IMG/VR virus record: IMGVR_UViG_3300027805_000006 | DNA: 64,000 bases | Origin: a virus | Lineage: Duplodnaviria > Caudoviricetes | Reading direction: 5' to 3' (one strand) | In this document: positions 56,501-64,000 of the stretch, piece after piece | How the letters are laid out: every line of letters starts with the position of its first letter | How positions within the stretch are numbered: the first letter of the stretch is position 1 | The notes under the pieces: model-generated | The model's input: the letters and a program-made list of their open reading frames with translations, nothing else | Databases searched by the model: none | What the model was told of the DNA's origin: nothing | Program-made: the position numbers and the translations under genes

Positions 56501-58067
56501 CTGTCCATCAACTGGTGTATTCATTGACAAGTATATAAAAGTTATCCTTTCAGATCCATCTACAACATTTCAAGTATGTACATACCCTGATGAATTAGAT
56601 TTTTGGAACGCGCAGGACACTGTTATTTTTAAATCTGACGTTGGTGCACTGCAACCTAAAACAGATGACTTTGTAAATGTAAAGAAAGCAGAAGTAGGAA
56701 GGCTTGCAATAAATCTAGATTACTCAATTTTACCAACGCCCCCGACGCTTTTGCCATTGTCGCCCTTTTCGATTGACCCAGATTTTATTGACCTATCTAC
56801 TGGCACGTATTTCGGTGCGCCGCCAGTTGAGACATATTCGCCTGAAGCAATTTTACTGAACAATTGGTTACCGCTAAAGGTTGATGGATATGATGCTGTT
56901 TCTTCTTTTGCCCACCTCCCAGATACTGCAACTGAAATGCGTGTTAAAAGCGCATCATCGGGAGAAAGTGTAGGAACGATTTACACACTAGGTACATTAA
57001 ATGAGCCTATAAGATTTCAATGGGATGAAGCATTCTTTAACAAGTACCTTCCACTTAATTCACAGGCAAATGTCATCACCTATGGCTCTCACCTAAATGA
57101 AAATGTAAGAGTTCTTATTTCTGAGAAGGTAAACTTTCTAACCAGCGGTGGCGCTCTTTTTGAAAATGCGTTATTCTCAGATGTAATGACCATCTCAGCA
57201 ATCGATAATCACACCATAAACATTGATCTAAATCAGTTTGAGAATGTAAATGCAAACGTCGCTGATGGTCCATTTGATGGCTTCCTACCAGGATATAGCA
57301 ATTTACCCTATGATGCAGAAGATGCGCTCGGAATTGATTTTATAAGTTTGGCTGCTGCTAGCGGTCAGTATGATACTGGCACGCCGCTTGTTGATAACTT
57401 CCTTAGGGCGGTATATTTAAACTCTCTGCCAATTCTTACTGCTGAGCAGTTGGCAGAGTTAACTAGTATTTCTTATTTGATAGATGATTACCTTCAGCCC
57501 GGTGGGATTGGTGCAACTTCGCTGATGCAGTTCCTAACAGCGCTTGATGCTGATGCATATGCTGCAGGCGGCGTTGAGCCAACTCTTGGAATTCCAAAGC
57601 GCGGGATGGCCGCTGATATTAATAAGACAGATTCTTCTACTGCGACTTCAAATATATCTGAGGCATTTTCTGCTGTTGCAAACGTTTTACCTTTATCCTA
57701 CGATGAAAGTGGATATGGCTCTGGTGGCTTTGATGCTGATGGAGATGTGATTGTTTATTTTACAGCGGGTGCATCAATGAACCCTGCAAATAACTATACC
57801 TTCCCCTATCCTGTTCCACCCAGCGCATCATATTCTACTTTAGATACGCCATTTACTACATCTATTGCTGCAAGGGTGTTTGAAATAACGTTCCCTGCAC
57901 CACCAATCAACTATGCGGCGCCGACCATTCCAGTTTTCCCAGTTTTTAGAATTTTGACGCCTACCATCACAACTCCGCTAACTATTTCATATGTAGAGCA
58001 GATAAATGCTCGAAAATTTAGGTTTAGTATGGCTTCTACAGAAGAAGCGAAGGTTATAACTACGTGA
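53565..58067 (+). CDS. Large virion structural protein (1500 aa) with repeated beta modules
   Basis: Overlaps the previous stop. N-terminal YV.....KPYHSKI; several F.xG..PF..GD.F modules and one SQ..AS..W.I.HNL module. Confidence 0.75.
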   Translation: MNKLLNKSSTYVQSLVDFALDTKPYHSKITEIAVEYQFEDTINVKMEDSIFSRLMTKAAWGYNFFSDANPANRAFPLQRVVSPFIFSNYKNDDPLNSLGGFKVGRDENTDMALVPTVFNKRTSAGIFDANIQKSAGSTLSLIEGLDYFHNYGSNEFRVSTPSPTELDQNRRWQETRAESVVLTTTLALQSVALDVLNPNSINRQVRSLLGQIEVHLVSYPNAAASAELATLISAVDLPSMPTSYEALLNSLCTTFYFSQSIASTVWNITHNLGGAPDNVMIKNEFGAVITPAFISNTSANTTVVTFSAATSGDAILIKNITPALSGYSGWIGQDSYPTPTSKYVNEKLSQLSPSLYFNHFSDLRLRENGGAFYDGIVAAGFTISNVVAVFGTDSDEWTLKVIDTVPQVVSVTGKNYGLIGAFVVGSSFTSPYLTFDSSTSAGTLTLGDEYILTPDGKIVIDNTAPLEVWNIIKTNPQSYSRPSFVSTRFGYIQSATTVIGQVTIIDGTIPTGTIILTATSGTTFSLSSTIEPSYTGSVTVGVPFNDGRLQFTIMAGSAQPFAAGDQFLINIINEPPQHFDLGLYYGYDLDSYDNQTVVYENQNSSDPLYNVPLDFRYDSRFFDFDINSLGLALTQAVVDGRQFKLTAAPDGAPIAVLQKDGSGPTNVIDLAGPTSGIAPDPSLTSVPVVSMPGDPNPSPDLQVFYAQTFGLQYSDDGGTTWSSAISVPVNVPYSNASLGISLTIPFTSKPFIAVTSDTGISGGDVFFFRVTNPGPIQDPIPAIFSSPNVPRIAMYGEGFFNSPAADWTITFNSSDQYTLTGIYTTGTLAGSTVTGYPVTGNLSVPGAWVNRNLTYKDDYLYFTIIPSILGFASGDEFYFSTYDEKPAVLVHGSVSGWQPMAEYGKWYWNGKIGFKIDETLAIVFKNNQPIASSDGDYTRISVSQVRPDTPSLVYTFNRVVDGSTITFMVNRSDVGIVDFCPSTGVFIDKYIKVILSDPSTTFQVCTYPDELDFWNAQDTVIFKSDVGALQPKTDDFVNVKKAEVGRLAINLDYSILPTPPTLLPLSPFSIDPDFIDLSTGTYFGAPPVETYSPEAILLNNWLPLKVDGYDAVSSFAHLPDTATEMRVKSASSGESVGTIYTLGTLNEPIRFQWDEAFFNKYLPLNSQANVITYGSHLNENVRVLISEKVNFLTSGGALFENALFSDVMTISAIDNHTINIDLNQFENVNANVADGPFDGFLPGYSNLPYDAEDALGIDFISLAAASGQYDTGTPLVDNFLRAVYLNSLPILTAEQLAELTSISYLIDDYLQPGGIGATSLMQFLTALDADAYAAGGVEPTLGIPKRGMAADINKTDSSTATSNISEAFSAVANVLPLSYDESGYGSGGFDADGDVIVYFTAGASMNPANNYTFPYPVPPSASYSTLDTPFTTSIAARVFEITFPAPPINYAAPTIPVFPVFRILTPTITTPLTISYVEQINARKFRFSMASTEEAKVITT

Positions 58068-58076
58068 CCTGCCGAA

Positions 58077-58082
58077 TAAATA
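58077..58082 (+). promoter_or_regulatory. Late promoter-like box TAAATA
   Basis: Upstream of ATG 58107; SD GAGGA present. Confidence 0.55.
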
Positions 58083-58106
58083 CATCCAAATCAATGTGAG
58101 GAAGAT

Positions 58107-58721
58107 ATGCAAGAGACATTCAAAACGTTAGTTTCCGGTCATGTTCTTATTAAGGACAATACCACAGGAGAAGTGCTGGTTGACAAGCAAAATGCTATTC
58201 ATCCTAAGAATATGGCTACAGCAATTGCTAGGGGACTAGCAAATTCTGTAAATCATCAAGTTTTTAAAATGAAACTTGGGAATGGTGGTACATACATCGA
58301 TGCTTCTATGCAGATAGTATTTCAGCCACCTATTACCACTGGTGACACTGCAGATCTTTACAATGCAACATATGCAGAGGTTGTTGATGATGAAGATGCA
58401 AGCATCTCTGCATATCCAGGAAATTCTGTTGTTTATACAAATATTCCTGCTTCAACAAACACCCGAGTAATTGTTACTTGCGTTGTTTCTTCAAATGAGG
58501 CTATCAATAATCCAACAGACGGGGGCGATGGTGACCCAAGTCTAAATCCAGAAGGTACATTCTTCTTTGATGAACTTGGTCTTTTCACCAAGCAAACAGA
58601 CTCTAACCTACTGAATGGTGCAGATGAACTAATGCTGTCACATTTAATCTTTAGCCCAATTGAACACACTGGAAATCGTGAACTGACAATTGTTTATACG
58701 TTGACCGTGTCAGTGTCGTAA
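58107..58721 (+). CDS. Virion structural protein (baseplate wedge / fibre-anchor-like)
   Basis: GHV.I.D...V.K.NAIH; M..GNGG; FDELGLF; L.SH.IF.PI.....R..TI.YTL. Confidence 0.65.
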   Translation: MQETFKTLVSGHVLIKDNTTGEVLVDKQNAIHPKNMATAIARGLANSVNHQVFKMKLGNGGTYIDASMQIVFQPPITTGDTADLYNATYAEVVDDEDASISAYPGNSVVYTNIPASTNTRVIVTCVVSSNEAINNPTDGGDGDPSLNPEGTFFFDELGLFTKQTDSNLLNGADELMLSHLIFSPIEHTGNRELTIVYTLTVSVS

Positions 58722-58874
58722 TTACCGCAATAATACTGTATAAGTACAGTAAATATTGTTTGAATATAACAACTATATCCATAACCATAACCATATCAAT
58801 ACGCAGCAAAGGTGAAATATCTTGTTATATGCATATAAAAATAAATCACTGCATGCTGCGAAAAGGAGTAATTT

Positions 58875-60545
58875 GTGCGCGTAACTTTTAGACAAGGTAT
58901 TGCTAGATATCAGACAGATGTCAATGCCACTCCTACCTTTCTGCAGAAATCGCCGCTAAATGTACAGTTTGTTGACTTAGTAGTATCACCAGATCCTACA
59001 GTCATTATATTTGCACATAAAAATGCGACGTACGTATTTGAAGAAACTAAAACAGTAAGAAATGCTTGGGGTCCATTTACTGGCACTACAACGTATTATC
59101 TCTACTGGGACATTGATCTTCTTACGGCCCAAATAACACGCGGTATTACAATTCACCCGCCAATCATTTCAGGTGTTGCGCCTGTAAGCCCTCCAATCGA
59201 CCAGCATTGGTTTGACAGTCTAAACACCGTAATGAAGGTGTGGAATGGAGTCAAATGGATTGAGAAGATTAGGGTATTTGCTGCAACATACAGTTCATCT
59301 GCTATCATCAAGCCATATGCCCTTGGAACACAGGTAGGCATAACTGGAGACTTTGAGACTGGCAGTATTATTCTTGACTCATTTCTTAATCCATTAAGAC
59401 AGTCAGACGGATCATTTGTTACATCAACAACTGATATGTCAGTTGTCGGCGTTGGTACACGCCGTGTCAGATTCGAATCTGACCTTGTGACATTGATGGC
59501 AAATGAGTATATTCCAAAGAACAGCCTTATTCACCTTCAGGCAGGAAGAAAAGCGATCTTAGCACGAAATACGGATTTAATGACTCGTGTAGATGGTATT
59601 GCACTAGAAGATATGCATGCCGGCGAAACATCAATTATTGTTACTGGTGGACTTGTAAAAGACAACACTTGGTCTTGGCCAATAAATTCTGTAAACAGAC
59701 CTCTTTTCTGTGGTCCTACTGGAGAACTTACGCTAATTCCTCCTGTGCAAGGGGTGCTACAAAGAGTTGGTTATGTGTTTGACACAGATGCAATTTACAT
59801 TGATATACACCCAGTGGTAATGCTTGATACTATTAACGTTCCAGCACCACCGCCACCTCCACCGCCACTTTCTCCAGTTCCAGACTTTACGGTGCTACCA
59901 TTTACTACTACTGGAATTGCACCATTTACAGTGCAATTCCAAGATCTTTCTATCAATTCACCAACTTCTTGGGAATGGGACTTTACAAATGATGGTTCAG
60001 TAGACTCAACTCTGCAGAATCCGACATATTCATACACCACCTCAGGGGTTTATAACGTAAGGCTGAAAGTTGCAAATGCCTATGGGACTAATCAGGTAGT
60101 AAAAACATCATTCATAACGGCAACAACTCCACCACCTTCTGGAACGTTTACTAACCTAGAGATCAACATTGGTGGTCCAATGCAAGTTGATAGAAACCAA
60201 TTATTTACTATTGTCATAACAACTAGAAATACTGGTTTCTTAACTGCAACTAACGTCGTGCGGCGTATTGAAGTTCTTGATCTAAGTGGAAACCAAATTG
60301 CTGTCAGCGGTTTACCTGTTGGCTCTACATTGAATAGAGTTACAACTGCACCGCCAAGGAATATTGTGGTATTACCATCAGTAGTGTCAATGGCAAGTGG
60401 ATCTACGCTCACCAACACATTTACGCTACAAGCCCCGCCGACAGGTGGAAACCAATCAATTCGTGTTATCGCATACGTAAGTAGTCCAGAGGCTGACGTA
60501 GAAGAAGGTGATAACAGCGTTTCACTATATGTGATGGTGGTGTAA
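58875..60545 (+). CDS. Virion structural protein with PKD domain (GTG start)
   Basis: SD AAGGAG. PKD motif P..DFT...GIAPFTVQF.D.S...PTSWEWDF..DG..DST.QNP.Y.Y...G.Y.V.L.V.N..G; proline linker. Confidence 0.85.
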   Translation: MRVTFRQGIARYQTDVNATPTFLQKSPLNVQFVDLVVSPDPTVIIFAHKNATYVFEETKTVRNAWGPFTGTTTYYLYWDIDLLTAQITRGITIHPPIISGVAPVSPPIDQHWFDSLNTVMKVWNGVKWIEKIRVFAATYSSSAIIKPYALGTQVGITGDFETGSIILDSFLNPLRQSDGSFVTSTTDMSVVGVGTRRVRFESDLVTLMANEYIPKNSLIHLQAGRKAILARNTDLMTRVDGIALEDMHAGETSIIVTGGLVKDNTWSWPINSVNRPLFCGPTGELTLIPPVQGVLQRVGYVFDTDAIYIDIHPVVMLDTINVPAPPPPPPPLSPVPDFTVLPFTTTGIAPFTVQFQDLSINSPTSWEWDFTNDGSVDSTLQNPTYSYTTSGVYNVRLKVANAYGTNQVVKTSFITATTPPPSGTFTNLEINIGGPMQVDRNQLFTIVITTRNTGFLTATNVVRRIEVLDLSGNQIAVSGLPVGSTLNRVTTAPPRNIVVLPSVVSMASGSTLTNTFTLQAPPTGGNQSIRVIAYVSSPEADVEEGDNSVSLYVMVV

Positions 60546-60546
60546 T

Positions 60547-61482
60547 ATGACAACTATCTTAAAACCAGTATATGTTGTTGAAGACCTTGGCGAATTCTCA
60601 CGGCTTCCTGATGGCGCTATTATCAATATTGGCGGTGTTGCTGGACCAACATTCACTGTCGGTGGTAGAGGACTTCTTTTTGATGATGGTTCATCCACAT
60701 CTGCAACGCCAGGCACTGGTACTACACTACAGGTAGCCTATGGCAATTCACTAACGCCGGCGCAGATAAACACAACAATTGGCAAGGACATTGTATTCAA
60801 TGCCTTAAACAATAATAAGTTTATCTTTGATGCAAGCACTGGTACTGTTATTATTCAGGGAAATCTGAATGTTCTAGGTACAAGTAACGTAGTAGAAGGA
60901 ACAGTTTCTAATCTAGATCAGGTTAATATTCAAACACCTGATCCATCAACTATTGGATTTACTATCCAGCCAATGGTTGGGATAACACCGGTTGTAAATC
61001 TAGTCGATATTAAGGCTATAAATGGTGGTCCTACAGTATTCAGTATTGGTCCTACAGGCACCACCTCAGTTACTGATATACTAATTAGCGGTACTGTAAA
61101 TGGTACCCCTATTTCTGAAATTCTTGACCACCTCAATGCAGTAGTTTTTCCTGCAAAGCACACGGCTGCACAGATTTCTGCAAACACTACTGGTCTGACA
61201 AATGTATCTGGTAATACTGTTCAGGAAGTAATTGAAAGTATTGATTCACAGATCAGTGCATTCACAGCAAATGATGTTCAGGGCTATGAACACGTACAAC
61301 TATTATCATCAGCAATTTGGGTAGTAGCACACGGTGCAAATAGCAAGAGAGTTCAGGTGTCTGTATGGGATAATGCTGATAGCATACTTATTCCAGATGC
61401 AGTCGTAATAACTGATATGAACACGGTAACTATTGCATTTGCTAGCCCATTGACTGGTAGAGCAATATTGCTGATTTTCTGA
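60547..61482 (+). CDS. Virion structural / fibre-associated protein
   Basis: Beta-rich; C-terminal HVQ..SS..W.V.HG...V.V.V.D module. Confidence 0.7.
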   Translation: MTTILKPVYVVEDLGEFSRLPDGAIINIGGVAGPTFTVGGRGLLFDDGSSTSATPGTGTTLQVAYGNSLTPAQINTTIGKDIVFNALNNNKFIFDASTGTVIIQGNLNVLGTSNVVEGTVSNLDQVNIQTPDPSTIGFTIQPMVGITPVVNLVDIKAINGGPTVFSIGPTGTTSVTDILISGTVNGTPISEILDHLNAVVFPAKHTAAQISANTTGLTNVSGNTVQEVIESIDSQISAFTANDVQGYEHVQLLSSAIWVVAHGANSKRVQVSVWDNADSILIPDAVVITDMNTVTIAFASPLTGRAILLIF

Positions 61483-61492
61483 TGAACATCAA

Positions 61493-61498
61493 TAAATA
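61493..61498 (+). promoter_or_regulatory. Late promoter-like box TAAATA
   Basis: Upstream of 61527. Confidence 0.5.
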
Positions 61499-61526
61499 TA
61501 CTTGAACTGCAAAATATCAAAACACA

Positions 61527-61754
61527 ATGAAAAAACATATTGAAACAAGCGACATTGTACTTGCAGCAACACTGAAAGTCAATGGTCAAAAACTAGATCG
61601 TATCGAGAAGCAGGGGAACCGTGGTATATTCTGCTTCTTAGATGTTGATGAGACATTACTAAATGAGTTTGATTTAGGAAAAAGTCTCGTAGAACCAGTT
61701 TCTTTCAACAACGCTATAAAGGCGCTGACGACAGCCACAAGGCGAATCAATTAA
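61527..61754 (+). CDS. Small protein, DUF5659-like
   Basis: T.DIVLAATL...G..L..IE.....G.F.F...V.P..F..AIK.L pattern. Confidence 0.55.
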   Translation: MKKHIETSDIVLAATLKVNGQKLDRIEKQGNRGIFCFLDVDETLLNEFDLGKSLVEPVSFNNAIKALTTATRRIN

Positions 61755-61783
61755 CCACAACCCTTTTTTAGGAGAAAATTACT

Positions 61784-64000
61784 ATGAAGATTAATGGCTC
61801 ACTGGTATTTGATGCCTCATCAGCGTCAGAAATCCAGAATCTACGTGTCGAAAAGGTAGCATCAAACCCAACTTGGGTTGCTGCCGATTCCGGCCGTGTT
61901 ATTTTCAACACAACAGCAGGTATTCTGTACATTGGTGTTGGTGCACCAACCAGCAACTGGGTTGCCCTAGCAACTGGTGGTGATGCTACTGCACTGCAGA
62001 CAGAAGTCAACAACCTCGAGGCTGCTCTAGGCACTGGTATCAATCCTGCCGATGGCACATTCGTTGCTGCTGCTTTCTCAGCATTCAACAATGTAACAGC
62101 ACCAACAACATATACTGACGTTCTGTATCAACTAGACCAAGCCATCGAAGGCAAGGACGCCCTAGCTGAACTAAACGACGTTGATGTTACTGGCGTAGTA
62201 GGTGGTCAGTTCCTACAGTACAATGGTTCCACAAGCAAGTGGGAAGATCGTACTCTAGTTCTAGACGACGCTTCTGACGTAACACTAACCGCTCCAACAG
62301 CCGGACACGTTCTATACGTCAACGGTTCTGGTCAGTGGGTAAATGCTGCTCCAGGCGCAACATCTGGTGTACAAGGCTATGATGCTGAACTTGCTGCTCT
62401 AGCAACAGTTGTTTCAGGTGCTGACGTACTACCATACTTCACCGGTTCAGGTTCTGCAACTGGCACAACTCTGACATCATTTGCACGCACACTGCTTGAT
62501 GATCCAGATCTAGCCACTGCACAAGCAACTCTAGGCATTCAGCCAGTTGACTCAACACTAACAGCAATCGCTAGCCTAACTGGTGGCATCGTTGTTGTAA
62601 GTGCTGATGGCACTGCTGCTTATGCACGTACCCTGATTGCTCCATCAGAAGGTATCACCATCACCAACCCAGACGGTGTTGCTGGTAACCCAACATTTGC
62701 TCTAGCAAATGACCTGAATGCATACGAAGGTCTAGCAACAACTGGATACGTTGTACGTACAGGCGACGGCACAGCAACAACCCGTGCAATCACTGGTACT
62801 GCTGGAAACGTTGTTGTAACAAACGGTGACGGCGTTGCTTCTAACACTAACGTTGACCTTGCTGCAGTAGTACAAGCAACTGGCGGTTCATTCCTAAAGG
62901 TAACACTAGATGGTTATGGTCGCGTAACTGCAAATACCGCTGTAACAACAGCCGATATCACTGCTCTAGTTGATGCTACATATGTAAACGTCGCTGGCGA
63001 TACAATGACTGGCACGCTAAACATGGGTGGTAATACCATTACTGGTCTAGCTACACCAACTGCAGATACAGAAGCCGCCACAAAGGCATATGTAGATGCT
63101 CTAGCAAATGGTCTATCATGGAAAGATGCAGTTCGCGTCGCTTCAACAGGACCAGCAACATTGGCAACAGCTTTTGCTGCAGGTCAAACAGTTGACGGCG
63201 TAACACTAGTTGCTGGCGATCGTATCCTTATTAAGGACCAGGCAACTGCTTCTGAGAATGGCATCTATATTGTTCAGGCTTCTGGTGCTCCAGTACGCGC
63301 TGCTGATATGAATGATGCTGCTGAGTTTGATGGTGCTGCTCTGTTCGTACAAGAAGGTACTGTTAACCAAAGCTCAGGCTGGACACAAACAGCAACCGTT
63401 GCTACAGTTGGTACAGATTCTGTCACATTCTCACAGTTCACAGGCGGTGCTCTATACACATGGGGTACAGGTCTTGGAAATTCTGGCAACACGATTTTCG
63501 TAAATCTTGGTGCTGGTATCTCCGAACTACCATCTGACGAAATCGGTATTGACCTATATGCCCCAACCGGCGGCGGTCTAATCCTAACACAAGATGGTTC
63601 TGCATATTCAACTAACGCAGCTGCTAAGCTTCACCTAAAGCTTGCTGCAGCAGGTGGTCTAACGCAAGACGCAACTGGTCTGTACATTCCTGCTGATGGC
63701 GTAACAAACGCTATGCTGTTGAATGACTTCATCAATACTGATGGTGATTCAGGCACTGGTTCTATCGCTCTAGGCGGTACCCTTGAAATCCAAGGTAATT
63801 CCGTACAGGGTATCGTAACTTCAGTATCAGGCGGTGTATTCGTAGTAACTGCATCTGATGCAAGCACCTCACAAAAGGGCACAGCATCTTTCGATTCAGG
63901 TGACTTCGCGGTAGCAAGCGGTGCAGTAAGCATCAAGGCAGGCGGTGTTGATAACAACCAACTAGCCTTCAGCACAGTAACATTTGCTGGTAATACCGGC
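61784..64000 (+). CDS. Long tail fibre-like protein, 3' end outside the window
   Basis: Missing from the ORF track because it has no stop. SD AGGAG, then ATG 61784 (MKINGSLVFDASS...), open for 739 codons. Contains VTLDGYGRVT, GDTMTGTL, AATKAYVD and QTVDGV.L..GDRIL.KDQ...ENGIY fibre motifs. Confidence 0.88.
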   Translation, partial: MKINGSLVFDASSASEIQNLRVEKVASNPTWVAADSGRVIFNTTAGILYIGVGAPTSNWVALATGGDATALQTEVNNLEAALGTGINPADGTFVAAAFSAFNNVTAPTTYTDVLYQLDQAIEGKDALAELNDVDVTGVVGGQFLQYNGSTSKWEDRTLVLDDASDVTLTAPTAGHVLYVNGSGQWVNAAPGATSGVQGYDAELAALATVVSGADVLPYFTGSGSATGTTLTSFARTLLDDPDLATAQATLGIQPVDSTLTAIASLTGGIVVVSADGTAAYARTLIAPSEGITITNPDGVAGNPTFALANDLNAYEGLATTGYVVRTGDGTATTRAITGTAGNVVVTNGDGVASNTNVDLAAVVQATGGSFLKVTLDGYGRVTANTAVTTADITALVDATYVNVAGDTMTGTLNMGGNTITGLATPTADTEAATKAYVDALANGLSWKDAVRVASTGPATLATAFAAGQTVDGVTLVAGDRILIKDQATASENGIYIVQASGAPVRAADMNDAAEFDGAALFVQEGTVNQSSGWTQTATVATVGTDSVTFSQFTGGALYTWGTGLGNSGNTIFVNLGAGISELPSDEIGIDLYAPTGGGLILTQDGSAYSTNAAAKLHLKLAAAGGLTQDATGLYIPADGVTNAMLLNDFINTDGDSGTGSIALGGTLEIQGNSVQGIVTSVSGGVFVVTASDASTSQKGTASFDSGDFAVASGAVSIKAGGVDNNQLAFSTVTFAGNTG

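Noticed and set aside
58780-58797. CCATAA short tandem repeat
   Set aside because: About three copies in AT-rich spacer DNA; likely chance or slippage.
1-64000. CRISPR array, tRNA/rRNA genes, stop-codon reassignment, inteins
   Set aside because: No regularly spaced repeats or cloverleaf-like elements were seen in the few intergenic gaps. Genes are full-length in code 11, and no intein or LAGLIDADG motifs were seen in gp20, gp23, gp46 or the baseplate genes.

Overview
This window is 64 kb of a large T4-like (myovirus, probably jumbo) bacteriophage genome in the standard genetic code. It covers most of the morphogenesis region. Head genes: portal gp20, protease gp21, gp67-like core proteins, scaffold gp22 and capsid gp23. 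Neck and tail genes: gp13, gp14, gp15, sheath gp18 and a tape-measure-like protein. A + strand baseplate/fibre operon runs from gp48/54-, gp53-, gp27-, gp5-, gp25- and gp6-like genes through 2973-aa and 1500-aa structural giants to a tail fibre cut off at the right edge. Also present are the late sigma factor gp55, gp46/gp47, a Holliday junction resolvase, a small early-gene island (MazG-like, DenV-like, DEDDh exonuclease), five free-standing homing endonucleases and one unannotated remnant. About 20 (N)TAAATA late-promoter boxes sit in front of late genes. No tail-tube gp19 or terminase gene is recognisable here, and I found no tRNA, rRNA or CRISPR array. Most interesting observations: (1) late-expressed small proteins with T4 capsid-targeting-sequence-like leaders, including a five-gene tandem array, which are candidate injected internal or anti-defence proteins; (2) a 411-aa minimal family-A/T7-like polymerase core in a late operon with the resolvase and a TnpB-like N-terminal fragment; (3) a possible G/GT-style -1 frameshift joining gp26 and gp51; (4) a recent 87-bp duplication in the tape measure equal to about one tail ring; (5) four small modules reused across many virion proteins. 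All family assignments come from motif recognition by eye; no database searches were run.
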